A stretch of 64,000 nucleotides of DNA from an uncultured Acidobacteriota bacterium (GTDB lineage: Bacteria; Actinomycetota; Acidimicrobiia; Spongiisociales; ZC4RG35). Of this stretch, positions 27,250 through 36,727 are shown one piece after another. Every line of letters begins with the position of its first letter. The stretch's first letter is position 1. A program made the position numbers and the translations under genes. The notes beneath the pieces were generated by a model. That model had not been told where the DNA came from, did not search any database, and was given only the letters and a program-made list of their open reading frames with translations. The stretch spans positions 1,575,581 through 1,639,580 of the forward strand of contig CAVVMG010000001.1 in NCBI GenBank assembly GCA_963749415.1, read 5' to 3'.

Positions 27250-29715
27250 GTGACATTCCCCAAGATCGATCGTCGTCGGGTCTGGCGACGTTCGTTGGTG
27301 ATCCTGGGCCTGATGACGGCTGGGGTCGCCGCTCCGGTCCTCGACCTCTACGGCCGGAATCCGTCCGTTTTCGTCGCCAATCGAAGCACGCCCGAGCAGA
27401 TCGTCATCTTCGGGCTCCTGGTCACTTTCACCCTGCCTCTCGTCGCGGTGATCATCCTCACCATCGCCGAGAAGTTCAGCACCCGCGCCGCCGACATCGC
27501 CTACTACATCCTGGTCGGGATCTCGGCCGCCGCCACCGGATTGGTCATCAGCCGACAAGTAGCGCCCAACAACACGGCATGGGCGGTGACGCTGGCGCTC
27601 GGCATCACGGTGGTGGTGGTGCTCCTCTGCCGCCGGGTCGAATCCGGTCTCTTGTTCTTCTCGCTTCTCGGGCCCGCGGTCCTGGTGATGTTCCTGCTGA
27701 TCTCGCCAACGTCGAGCCTCCTTGCCGAGCCGACCGCTCCCGTCGTCAATCCGGACCAGGTCGGGAGCCCGGCGCCGATCGTGTTCGTTCAACTCGATGA
27801 GCTGCCCCTCGCCTCGTTGCTCGACGAGGACGGCAACATCAATGATGCCCTGTTCCCGAACTTCGCCCGCCTCGCCAACTCCGGCAATTGGTATCGGAAT
27901 GCCCTGTCGAACTCGATAGCAACCACGCAGAGCGTCCCAGCCGCCCTCAGCGGCCGCCTCGCAGATTCCGACGCCAGCCCGTCATTGATCGATCACCCCA
28001 ACAACCTGTTCACCCTTCTCGGCGAGGGCTACGAGATGCACGTTGTGGAGTGGCTGACCGACATGTGCCCCGAGGACCTGTGCGAGGACTACGCCGGCAG
28101 GGGCCCAGCCCGGTTTGCCTCGCTCTTGGAAGACGTGGGAGTGGTCTACGGGCATCTCTCACTACCGGTATCGGCGAGGGAGCTCCTCCCCAGCATCGAC
28201 GGAAGCTGGAAGGGCTTTCTCGGCCAGGCCGAGGCACGGGAGGCTGCTCCGGTTGACATCGGGGATCTCGCGGTGCCGGTGGCAGGACAGCGAAGCAAGT
28301 GGATCGACTGGATCGAGCGCATCATCGACGGGGTGGAGAGCGATGCTCGCCCAACCCTCCACTTCGTCCACCTCCAGGCACCCCACATCCCGTGGCGGAT
28401 CAACCCTTCAGGCAGTCACTACCAGCGGCCCGAGCAGTACGACGAAGTCGACGGTGTCGAGGGTGGGAGGTGGGTGACCCGACCCGATCTGCCTCGGCTC
28501 GGATTTCAGAGGCACCTGTACCAGCTCGGCTTCGTCGACAACAGGCTGGGGGCGTTGTTCGACAAGCTGGAGGAGACGGGCAACTGGGAGGAGTCTCTGA
28601 TAGTCGTCCTCGCCGACCATGGAGCTTCCTTCGTGCCGGGGGAGCATCGGCGCTGGCCAATGGAGGACAATCGAAGCGACCTCTTCCGGATCCCGCTGCT
28701 GATCAAGCTTCCCGGGCAAGTCGAAGGTCATGTTTACGACGAGCCGGCATACGTCATCGACATCCTCCCCACGATCGTCGACGCACTCGACATCACCACC
28801 GACTGGGAGTTCGATGGCCACTCGCTGTTGCAGATCGAAGGCACCGACTACCCGCATCAGACCATCAACTACTGCTGCAGTCACAAGCCGGCGGCCACCG
28901 ACCTCGAAGAGCTCTTCGATCAGGTGCGCCGGAATCACGAATGGGTGCCCAATCAGGATGGCTGGTTGGGTGTGGCCGGATCGGGCCCGTATGCCGATCT
29001 GGTCGGACGACCCGTAGCCGAGCTGGCTCCGACTCCCAGTGATGAGTTGCAGTGGACATTGACCCAGGGCGAACAGCTGGCATCGGTGAGCCGCGCCTCG
29101 GGTTTCGTGCCCACCTTCATCTCCGGAAGGTTGCAACTGCCCGCAGGCGTAGCCGACGACGATCTGCTGTTGGCGATCAACGGCACCGTCGCCGGCACCG
29201 GTTTCGTGATACGAGACGGCGATACCAGCGGCGAAATCCGAGGGCTCTTGGCCGAAGACCTGGTGCAGGAGGGAGCCAACGAGGTGGCGATCCTGGTGCC
29301 GAGCCCTGGCGGTCAGGGATGGCTGGTGGGCGGCGCGGCCGACCTCATCGTCGACTACGTGGCGGAAGACGGGCGCCAGCTCGAACTGCAGCCCGAAGGC
29401 GACAAGCGGCTCGAGATCAGCGCCGTCCGGGAGACAGATGGCGGATGGTTGGTGAGAGGGTGGGCGGCTGACGTCAAGGAGAAGCTGACGGCCGATCGCA
29501 TCTACGTGTTTGCCGGAGACCGATTGCTCGTTTCCAGCCCACCGAATCTCGACAACAAGGATGTGGCGCGCTGGTTCAAGAGCGACAGCCTGCTCCATTC
29601 CGCGTTCACCTTCGACATCCCGGCTGCAGATGTGCCCGATGGCATGGACCGCCTGACCGTCATTGCCGAGTTCGGTGATTATGCGATCGAGAGCCCGGCC
29701 ACCCTTCCTCGATAG
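27250..29715 (+). CDS. Membrane-anchored alkaline-phosphatase-superfamily (sulfatase-like) transferase, NoeB-like
   Basis: About 5 N-terminal TMs; FVQLDEL, ATTQSVPAALSG, PHIPW, LADHG, IPLLIK, IDILPT. Start trimmed from 26494 to GTG 27250. Confidence 0.75.
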   Translation: MTFPKIDRRRVWRRSLVILGLMTAGVAAPVLDLYGRNPSVFVANRSTPEQIVIFGLLVTFTLPLVAVIILTIAEKFSTRAADIAYYILVGISAAATGLVISRQVAPNNTAWAVTLALGITVVVVLLCRRVESGLLFFSLLGPAVLVMFLLISPTSSLLAEPTAPVVNPDQVGSPAPIVFVQLDELPLASLLDEDGNINDALFPNFARLANSGNWYRNALSNSIATTQSVPAALSGRLADSDASPSLIDHPNNLFTLLGEGYEMHVVEWLTDMCPEDLCEDYAGRGPARFASLLEDVGVVYGHLSLPVSARELLPSIDGSWKGFLGQAEAREAAPVDIGDLAVPVAGQRSKWIDWIERIIDGVESDARPTLHFVHLQAPHIPWRINPSGSHYQRPEQYDEVDGVEGGRWVTRPDLPRLGFQRHLYQLGFVDNRLGALFDKLEETGNWEESLIVVLADHGASFVPGEHRRWPMEDNRSDLFRIPLLIKLPGQVEGHVYDEPAYVIDILPTIVDALDITTDWEFDGHSLLQIEGTDYPHQTINYCCSHKPAATDLEELFDQVRRNHEWVPNQDGWLGVAGSGPYADLVGRPVAELAPTPSDELQWTLTQGEQLASVSRASGFVPTFISGRLQLPAGVADDDLLLAINGTVAGTGFVIRDGDTSGEIRGLLAEDLVQEGANEVAILVPSPGGQGWLVGGAADLIVDYVAEDGRQLELQPEGDKRLEISAVRETDGGWLVRGWAADVKEKLTADRIYVFAGDRLLVSSPPNLDNKDVARWFKSDSLLHSAFTFDIPAADVPDGMDRLTVIAEFGDYAIESPATLPR

Positions 29716-29720
29716 GTTGG

Positions 29721-31079
29721 CTACCGGGGCTCGAGCTCGAAGAGGATCCGGGTGCCCTCGCCCAGCGCTTGCTCACGGATGATCTCGAACATGCTTGTGA
29801 GCATGGTGCGGAACTGAGCTTCGTCGCGTCCACCATGAAGCTCCGAGGACAGCTTGTTCCCGGCGAGCTTGGCCACCATCTCGTCGTCCGGTGAGACGAA
29901 CTCGACGATGACTGGCGTACCGAAGCTGTGCAGCCAGCGCATCACCTCCTGGGGTGGGATGCTGGCGGAATAGATGAGATGGTGGATGAGCCCGTAAGCG
30001 ACCACCAGGTCGGGTCGGGCCCGTTCGACGATCCCGGGCCGTTCCCCGCCTGCCCAGCCTTGAGCCGGCGAAGGGTTGCCGAGGTCGGTGAGCACGACCG
30101 AGAGGCTCTGTCCGGCGCTACGTCGGTAGAGGTCGTCGAGGACTGCCTCGTCGCCATCGAGGGCGATCGCGTGGGCTCCGCTCTTGGCGGCGATCATTGA
30201 AAAATGGCCGTCGTTGGCGCCCAGGTCGAGCACCCGTTTCGGATTGGTCCGATCAAGGGCTGATTGAAGGAACTCGCCTTTGGTGTTCCGGTCCCGCGAG
30301 ACATGGGTGCAGGAGCCGTAATCGGACCATCCGTCCACACCATGCTCCCACTCGAGAGACGCGACCAGGGAGCGGAGCTTCTTCACGTTGACCAGGATGA
30401 GCTCGCTGCTGAACCCCGCGGATCGAAGATCTTCCCGCACGGCCCGATCAGACATCCGCGCCTCCATCCTCGCCTGCAGCCGCACATGGAGCAGCGCACC
30501 AGAATTGAACCGCTTCCTGCCACCGAGCAGGCTCGCCATCTGGGCCGGAGTGAGGCCTTCGAGGTCGCCGCGCAACCACGGTTGGAAAGGGACCCCAACC
30601 CAGGCCCGAAGCATGAGAGGGAACAGAAACTGCCTGGTGAACTGGCGATAGCCGATCCACGGCTCGCCCTGCCTGTAGGCCTCGAACGATCCGATGTCGA
30701 TGAAGATCGGGCGCCCATCGACGAACTGGATGTTGTAGGGGGTGCTGTCCTTGATGGTCAGGCCCGCCTCCAGCGCTCCCTCGAGCAGCTCGAGCTGGAG
30801 CAGAGCGGCGTCCTTGAGCATGGAGAAGGTCCACTCATAGGGATAGCTGATCAGTGGCAGACGGGGATGCTCGAGTGCGCCTGCGCTGCCCGGTGGCGAA
30901 TCGGCTTCGGTCGCCGCGATCAGCTTGCCGTCGGAAACCGCCTTGGTGAAGAACTGGGTGCCCGAGAGGGCGCGCCATGCCTCGAGGCCGCGCTCGTCGA
31001 GGAGACGCAAGATCTTCTCGCCGTCGAGGACGACTCGTGAGGCCGGGTCGCGAAACGACCCCGGGTCGGGCGAGATCAT
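29721..31079 (-). CDS. NoeA-like protein: kinase-like N-terminal domain plus class I SAM methyltransferase
   Basis: GSFRDP, SYPYEW, KDSTPYNIQF, FIDIGSF; SAM motif VLDLGANDG; LIHHL. Confidence 0.78.
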   Translation of the reverse strand: MISPDPGSFRDPASRVVLDGEKILRLLDERGLEAWRALSGTQFFTKAVSDGKLIAATEADSPPGSAGALEHPRLPLISYPYEWTFSMLKDAALLQLELLEGALEAGLTIKDSTPYNIQFVDGRPIFIDIGSFEAYRQGEPWIGYRQFTRQFLFPLMLRAWVGVPFQPWLRGDLEGLTPAQMASLLGGRKRFNSGALLHVRLQARMEARMSDRAVREDLRSAGFSSELILVNVKKLRSLVASLEWEHGVDGWSDYGSCTHVSRDRNTKGEFLQSALDRTNPKRVLDLGANDGHFSMIAAKSGAHAIALDGDEAVLDDLYRRSAGQSLSVVLTDLGNPSPAQGWAGGERPGIVERARPDLVVAYGLIHHLIYSASIPPQEVMRWLHSFGTPVIVEFVSPDDEMVAKLAGNKLSSELHGGRDEAQFRTMLTSMFEIIREQALGEGTRILFELEPR

Positions 31080-31086
31080 GTGATGG

Positions 31087-31272
31087 TCAGGACTCGGGGG
31101 TGACGCGCTCGTCCTCGACGGCCTCGGTTGCCTCGACCTCGGAAGGGGCATTTCCCCCACGTGCCATGCGCATCCGCATCGCCTTGAAGGCGACCCCGAT
31201 GCCGGCCGCGCCGGCGATCACTGCCTGGAGGATGAGGCTCCCCGATCCTGCGTCCAAATATCCGAAAATCAT
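31087..31272 (-). CDS. 61-aa single-TM protein with YLDxGxGS motif
   Basis: MIFGYLDAGSGSLILQAVIAG; AGGAG SD; ends 7 nt before the NoeA-like gene. Confidence 0.75.
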   Translation of the reverse strand: MIFGYLDAGSGSLILQAVIAGAAGIGVAFKAMRMRMARGGNAPSEVEATEAVEDERVTPES

Positions 31273-31393
31273 TGCTCGGCTCCTAGAGAGAGGCCACCGT
31301 TTCCGGGGGCCGCAGGAACATTGTCGTCTAAGTCGGCAGTCAAGCAAACACCTGTAGTTGGTTTTCGGGTAATTCTCCTGTTACCCGGCCGGG

Positions 31394-32223
31394 TCACTCC
31401 TGATACCGGGCACGGGACACCACGCCGCCCTTGGCATCCAGGAGCAGCGCCATATCCCCACCGTTGCTCCACACCGGGCTCTCTCCAGGGTCCCATGCCA
31501 TGTCGGAGCTCGCGATCAACAGCACCCCGCCGACGGGGACCCCGGCGCCGGGTGGGAACGGGAAGCGATGCGCCGAGGACTCGTCCCGGAGGATCCAGCC
31601 CTGGAGGTCGACATCGGCTCCGCCGAGGTTGGTGATCGTCACCACCTCCTCGGATAGCACCTCCTGGTCGGGCCCCGGCGGGTCATGGCTGTCGGTGTCG
31701 ATCACCAGCTCGAGACCGGCACTCTCCGCCGCATCGCAGCCGTCCCAGAGCCCGACGCCGGACTCATATGCCGCTTCCTCGGCCGCCAAGAGGTCGTCAC
31801 CATGCTGGTCATCTGCCTCGGGAGTGGTAGCGATGGCCAGTCCGTCCTCGACCAGGGTCAGATTCACCACTTCCCCGTCGACCCAGACGTAAGCAAGGAC
31901 TCGCTCGAATTGGTCGATGCCACGAACCTCGACGCTTATCGCTCCGCCTTCGAGGAGTCCAGTGAGCCCTTCGGTGGCTTCGTCGTAGCGGCACTCTCCT
32001 CGATCGGGGGCGTTGATTCCCATCAGCCTGACGGGCGTTCGGGCGCCATCGATCTCGAAACTGGCGGTGTCACCGTCCTCGACGGCGAGGAGCCTTGCGG
32101 AGACGTTTCCCCGCGTGGTTGGGTCTGGAGGTCGTCGTCGGTCGTAGCGGGAGTCACGACACAGGAGGCACTCGCGATCAGGGCGACGAGGACTGCCGAC
32201 CAACGGCCGCCTCGAACGATCAG
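31394..32223 (-). CDS. Thermonuclease (SNase) plus lamin-tail-domain lipoprotein, probable frameshift near 32110; start uncertain
   Basis: EDGDT, VRLMGINAPD, DQFERVLAYV, GVGLW; LTD ITNLG..VDLQGWILRD, WSNGGD. The lipobox-bearing leader (ASASC) lies in another frame. Confidence 0.75.
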
Positions 32224-32552
32224 CTGGACTCCCGGAGGCGCTTCAGCTCCTGCTGCTCGGCGATTCGTCGTTTCCTTCTCCGGCGGTAGGTGAAGCCGAC
32301 GAGCGCAGTGAGGAGCACGGCGACCGCCGCAGTGATCAGGATGACCAGGGCCAGCGGGTATTCCCCCTCCAGCCAGAGGAAGTGCACGGGGACGGGCTCG
32401 GTGTTCTGGACGGCGAACACCACGGTGAGACTGATACCGAAGATTGCGATCAGGGCGCCCCAGGGGAACCCGGGCCCGGGCTCGACAGTCGGCTCCGGGG
32501 TGGCGGGCCGCTCCTCCTCGGGTGGCGAAGTCTCGAATGGATCGTCGGTCAT
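32220..32552 (-). CDS. LapA/DUF1049 family membrane protein
   Basis: VFAVQNTEPVPVHFL, PLALVIL, basic coiled tail. Confidence 0.8.
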   Translation of the reverse strand: MTDDPFETSPPEEERPATPEPTVEPGPGFPWGALIAIFGISLTVVFAVQNTEPVPVHFLWLEGEYPLALVILITAAVAVLLTALVGFTYRRRRKRRIAEQQELKRLRESS

Positions 32553-32609
32553 TGCAGGCAAGCCTATGCGTCCACCGTGCGACGGGCCACATGGCATAAC
32601 CTGCCTCCG

Positions 32610-33797
32610 ATGCGGCGCCTGTTGCCCATCACCCTCGTCGCCCTTCTCGCCTGCACCGGGGACTCCGCCACGTCGACGACGACGACCATCGACTCGCCGA
32701 CGACCAGCGCCGTGGAGACGAGCACCACTGCCGCCTCCACCACCTCGCCATCGACCACCGCGGCGCCCACGACGACCAACACGATCAACCTCGAGGACAC
32801 AGTCCTCGCTTATGCACCGATCGCCGAGATCAACTTCCCGGTGCAGATGACGGCCCGAGCCGGGGAACCCCTTGCCTACATCATCACCAAGGATGGGCGG
32901 GTCTGGGCCTACGACGGATCAGCGATCGCGGAGGCACCGGTCCTTGACATCTCCGACCAGGTCACCAACCAGGCCGAGCAAGGGTTGCTCTCGATCGCCC
33001 TGCACCCGACCGACCCAAGGCTCTATCTCCATTACACAGACAACAACGGAGACACCGCTGTCTCCGAATTCACGCTGACTTCGCCCACCGAGGCCGACCC
33101 CGCGAGCGAGAGGCCCATGCTCAGCGTCGAGGACCCGGCGCCCAACCACAACGGGGGGATGCTCCAGTTCACACCCGATGGAACTCTCATGCTCGGCCTC
33201 GGAGACGGGGGAGGAGCCGACGACCGTTACGGGAACGGACAGAACCCGGACACGCTTCTCGCCAGCCTGGTCGAGATGCGGGTCGACGGCGATCCGAGCC
33301 CGTTCAAATACGCAATGGGGCTCCGCAACCCATGGCGATTCTGGATCGACGGGGAGACGCTCTACGTCGCAGATGTCGGCCAAGACGAGTTCGAGGAGGT
33401 CAATGTGGTCCCCCTCGCCCCCGGCGCCAACTATGGGTGGCCGATCTCGGAGGGGCTGCACTGCTTCCAGGCGGCGGCAGGCAGCTGTGACACCTCGGGG
33501 CATGTGATCCCGGTGCTCGAAGTCGAGCATGGTGATGCGGGCACGTGTTCCATCACCGGTGGCTTCGTCTATCGCGGATCGGCGATTCCGCAGCTCAACG
33601 GCCACTACTTCTATTCGGACTACTGCGGTGGGTACCTGCGGAGCTTCCTCTACGCCGATGGCAGCGCCACCGCACAGCGTGACTGGACGGAACAAGTTGG
33701 TGTCGCCGGCGAGGTCACCGGGTTCGGCATCGACGGCCAGGGTGAGATGTACGTTGCCACCAAGGGCGAGTTGCTCCGGGTGGTTCCGGCGGGCTGA
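32610..33797 (+). CDS. PQQ-dependent glucose/sorbosone dehydrogenase lipoprotein
   Basis: LLAC lipobox, Thr-rich linker, EQGLLSIA, NHNGG, GLRNPWR, DVGQ, NYGWP, SITGG. Confidence 0.88.
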   Translation: MRRLLPITLVALLACTGDSATSTTTTIDSPTTSAVETSTTAASTTSPSTTAAPTTTNTINLEDTVLAYAPIAEINFPVQMTARAGEPLAYIITKDGRVWAYDGSAIAEAPVLDISDQVTNQAEQGLLSIALHPTDPRLYLHYTDNNGDTAVSEFTLTSPTEADPASERPMLSVEDPAPNHNGGMLQFTPDGTLMLGLGDGGGADDRYGNGQNPDTLLASLVEMRVDGDPSPFKYAMGLRNPWRFWIDGETLYVADVGQDEFEEVNVVPLAPGANYGWPISEGLHCFQAAAGSCDTSGHVIPVLEVEHGDAGTCSITGGFVYRGSAIPQLNGHYFYSDYCGGYLRSFLYADGSATAQRDWTEQVGVAGEVTGFGIDGQGEMYVATKGELLRVVPAG

Positions 33798-33819
33798 ACT
33801 CCCCGAATAGGCTCGACCA

Positions 33820-34257
33820 ATGCCCACGTTGTTCACCAGGATCATCGAGGGCGAGATCCCGGGCACGTTCGTCTGGCAAGACGACCGGGCGGTTGGGTTC
33901 ATGTCGATCAACCCATTGCGCCCGGGCCACACCCTCGTGGTGCCCCGCGAGGAGATCGACCATTGGATCGACTGTCCGCCCGATCTGGGTGAGCATCTCC
34001 TGGAGGTGGCGCGGACCATCGGCCGCGCCCAGATGCAAGCCTTCAGGCCGGAGCGAATCGGCCTGGTGATCGCCGGTCTGGAGGTCCCGCACCTGCATCT
34101 CCATGTGGTGCCGATCGACAGCGCCCGCGACCTCGACTTCGCGAGGGCGGCCTCCTCGGTGGAGCCGGCGGAGCTCGATGAGGCGGCGGCGGCGATTCGC
34201 TACGTGCTGCGTTCGCTTGGCCACGAAAGCGTGAGCGACGGAGCGGGCGGCCACTAG
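33820..34257 (+). CDS. HIT family hydrolase
   Basis: FTRIIEGEIP, GHTLVVP, HLHLHVVP. Confidence 0.92.
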   Translation: MPTLFTRIIEGEIPGTFVWQDDRAVGFMSINPLRPGHTLVVPREEIDHWIDCPPDLGEHLLEVARTIGRAQMQAFRPERIGLVIAGLEVPHLHLHVVPIDSARDLDFARAASSVEPAELDEAAAAIRYVLRSLGHESVSDGAGGH

Positions 34258-34259
34258 AC

Positions 34260-35090
34260 GTGGAGGTCGTCTTCGGGGGGATCAGCTCGCTCCTCTACGG
34301 CGTCGCCGACTTCCTCGGCGGTGAAGGAGCGAAACGGGTTCCCGCGGCGTCGGTGGTGTTGTGGGCCGGACTGGTCAGTTTCCCGATCCTGACGGTTGTC
34401 GCCATCGTGATCGGTGGTGAGACCCTGGTCTCCGACTACTGGCTTGGGGCCCTGGCCGGGTTGTCGGGCGCCGTCGGGCTGGTCGCCCTGTTCGCCGGCC
34501 TCAGCCGCGGTCAGGCTGCGGCAGTGGCGCCGGTCTCTGCCGCCCTGGGAGCAACCATCCCGGTGATGGTCGCCGTGATCGGCGGGGAGAGGCCGTCCTT
34601 GCTCGCTTGGATCGGGGTGGTGGCCGCCATCCCCGCAGTGTTGCTGTGTGCCTGGGTCGCCGACCCCGGGGAGGTTCCCGGCGGTGGGTTCTTCTACGGC
34701 GTGGTGGCAGGTCTCGGGTTCGGCGGGTTCACCACGATCTTCCGGCTCACCTCGGAGGAGTCGAATCTCCTGCCCCTGATTGCGTCGCGCGGAGCCTCCA
34801 TCGTCCTCATCCTCGCCATCGCCCTGCTCGGCTACTGGAAGGTCACCGGTCCCCGCCAGGTCCCTTTCAAGCTGGTGGCGACGAGTGGGCTGTTCGACGT
34901 GACCGCCAATGTCTCCCTCCTACTCGCAGTGCGCGCCGGCTCGTTGGCCCTGGCTGCGGTCGCCTCGGAGTTCTATCCGGCGGTCACCGTGCTCCTCGCC
35001 CGGATTGTCAACTCGGAGCGTCTGCTGCCCCGCCAGATCATGGGCCTGGTCCTCGCTCTGTTTTCGCTGACCGCGATCGCCCTGGGTTAG
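34260..35090 (+). CDS. EamA/DMT family transporter
   Basis: YGVADFLGG, VAPVSA, YPAVTVLLA..ERL; about 10 TM segments. Confidence 0.82.
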   Translation: MEVVFGGISSLLYGVADFLGGEGAKRVPAASVVLWAGLVSFPILTVVAIVIGGETLVSDYWLGALAGLSGAVGLVALFAGLSRGQAAAVAPVSAALGATIPVMVAVIGGERPSLLAWIGVVAAIPAVLLCAWVADPGEVPGGGFFYGVVAGLGFGGFTTIFRLTSEESNLLPLIASRGASIVLILAIALLGYWKVTGPRQVPFKLVATSGLFDVTANVSLLLAVRAGSLALAAVASEFYPAVTVLLARIVNSERLLPRQIMGLVLALFSLTAIALG

Positions 35091-35521
35091 CCCCGAACCA
35101 CGAGCCAGGTGCCGAAGATCACCATGGCGATGCCGAGAAGCCGCGGCCCATCCAGGGGTCTGGCCTCACCGAACCAGCCGAAATGCTCGATGAGGGCGCC
35201 AAGGACCAGGGTGGCGCCGGTGAAGAGGGTCAGCCCTGCCCCGAGGCCGAGCCGGGAGACGCTGACTCCGAGGGACGAAACCACTACCAGCCCCATCAGC
35301 CCCGCGGTGAACACCCACCACGGGAGGGCGCGCAGCTCGGACAGCTTCCCGCCCTGCAGGGCCAGCATGAGGATCGTGATCGCCAGACCCCCGCCGCCAT
35401 AGGTCACGAAGGTCGACGCGAGGGTGCCTACCCGCTGCTCCATGACACCGAGGAACTGGGACTGCAAGGCGCCGGCGAGACCACCGAGTACGGCTATTAC
35501 GACAACGACTGCGAGGCTCAT
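35087..35521 (-). CDS. YdcZ-type small DMT transporter
   Basis: GLAGALQ, PWWVFTAGLMG, IEHFGWFG, RLLG. ATG overlaps the mgs stop (ATGA). Confidence 0.8.
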   Translation of the reverse strand: MSLAVVVVIAVLGGLAGALQSQFLGVMEQRVGTLASTFVTYGGGGLAITILMLALQGGKLSELRALPWWVFTAGLMGLVVVSSLGVSVSRLGLGAGLTLFTGATLVLGALIEHFGWFGEARPLDGPRLLGIAMVIFGTWLVVRG

Positions 35522-36672
35522 GTCGGCCAATGGTGGTCTGCGGCGGCCTCGTAGTCACGGATCGTGTCCTCCAGGTGCCCGATTGCGGCCGTATAGCCCC
35601 GGGGCACCCATTCCAGGGTGTACGAGATGACCCGGTGCAGCCAGAGCCGGAATGCCAGTCGCTCCCACCCCGGTTCGTCGAGCTCGAACCCGTCGTGGAG
35701 GAATCGCAGCGTGGCGAGCCAGGTCGATGCGTCCATGAGTGTGGGCAGGGGGTGGGCCGGGTCGGCCAGACGCTCGATGCGGCCGGCGTCCGGCATCCCT
35801 GCCATCAGGTCGCTCTCCCCTTCCTCAAGCGGTGTTGATAGAAGGGCGGTTGTCTCGTCGAGGTCGTAGGCAACCGTGGTGAGCAGGTCGGGCGGGACCG
35901 GCTGGGGGGGATCGCTGCCATGACGGGCCCGGGCGTCGGGCCCGGGGAGCCCGCGCAACGAGACCGCCGCCGCCAGGCACTCGATGAGCATCGGTCGCAA
36001 CTCCTCCAGCGAGCCATAGAGGCTGTGCCTCTTCCCGTCGGCGACATGGTGCTCGTAGAGGCCGAGCCCCATCACCGCAGTGGCATAGGTGAGGACGGTG
36101 TCGATCCCCCAGTCCGAGCGGTCCCGCACCAAATCGGAGTGCGCGAGGAGCTGGAGGGCGGGCCGGGTGAGGAGGAGCTCGCCCCCAAGTGGCTGATCGA
36201 GGCGAGGCAGGAAGGTGCCCGGGAAGAGAAGGGCCAGGCTGGGCCGGGTCACCATCCACGTGATCATGGCATCGGTGGCGGCACGCGGGAACCGGTGCCT
36301 GACCACGCCGTATCCCCGGTCGGCAGCGGCCTCCGCGCCATCGATCCAGGAGTGATCGAAGTTGGTTATGTCGGCGTCGAAGAAATGAGCCCGCTCCCAC
36401 CCCTGTTCGGCCGCGGCAGCGATTGCGGTGTTAATGGCGTCACCCTTGCCGGGCCGGAAGCGGCCGATTCTCTCCTGGGCCAGGACGAGCACCGGCTTGC
36501 CCCAACTGCCAGCGATGTCCTCGCTCAATGCCGTGACTCGGGCAGTCTGGGAGCTATCGGTTGCGGCAACTGCCCAGACCTCGGTTACTCCGTCATGGGC
36601 CGCTGCGGTCTTCAGGTTGGCACCCACGATCGCCGGATCCTCGTCCTTGAAAGGGAACACCACCAGGCTCAC
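35518..36672 (-). CDS. mgs: Mannosylglycerate synthase (GT78)
   Basis: SLVVFPFK, QERIGRFRPGKGDAINTA, HFFDADIT, FPRAATDAMITWM, QPLGGELL, RSDWGIDT, GKRHSLYG, matching the recalled Rhodothermus marinus Mgs motifs along the whole length. Confidence 0.85.
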   Translation of the reverse strand: MSLVVFPFKDEDPAIVGANLKTAAAHDGVTEVWAVAATDSSQTARVTALSEDIAGSWGKPVLVLAQERIGRFRPGKGDAINTAIAAAAEQGWERAHFFDADITNFDHSWIDGAEAAADRGYGVVRHRFPRAATDAMITWMVTRPSLALLFPGTFLPRLDQPLGGELLLTRPALQLLAHSDLVRDRSDWGIDTVLTYATAVMGLGLYEHHVADGKRHSLYGSLEELRPMLIECLAAAVSLRGLPGPDARARHGSDPPQPVPPDLLTTVAYDLDETTALLSTPLEEGESDLMAGMPDAGRIERLADPAHPLPTLMDASTWLATLRFLHDGFELDEPGWERLAFRLWLHRVISYTLEWVPRGYTAAIGHLEDTIRDYEAAADHHWPT

Positions 36673-36698
36673 CCTCGTCACCCTACGAGACCGGTTCC

Positions 36699-36720
36699 TG
36701 TCCCCGGCGAGGTCTACTCT
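36699..36720 (+). promoter_or_regulatory. PafBC/RecA-NDp-like promoter TGTCCC-N10-TACTCT for herA
   Basis: TGTCCC at 36699-36704, TACTCT at 36715-36720, 7 nt to ATG 36728. Confidence 0.55.
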
Positions 36721-36727
36721 CGCCGCG

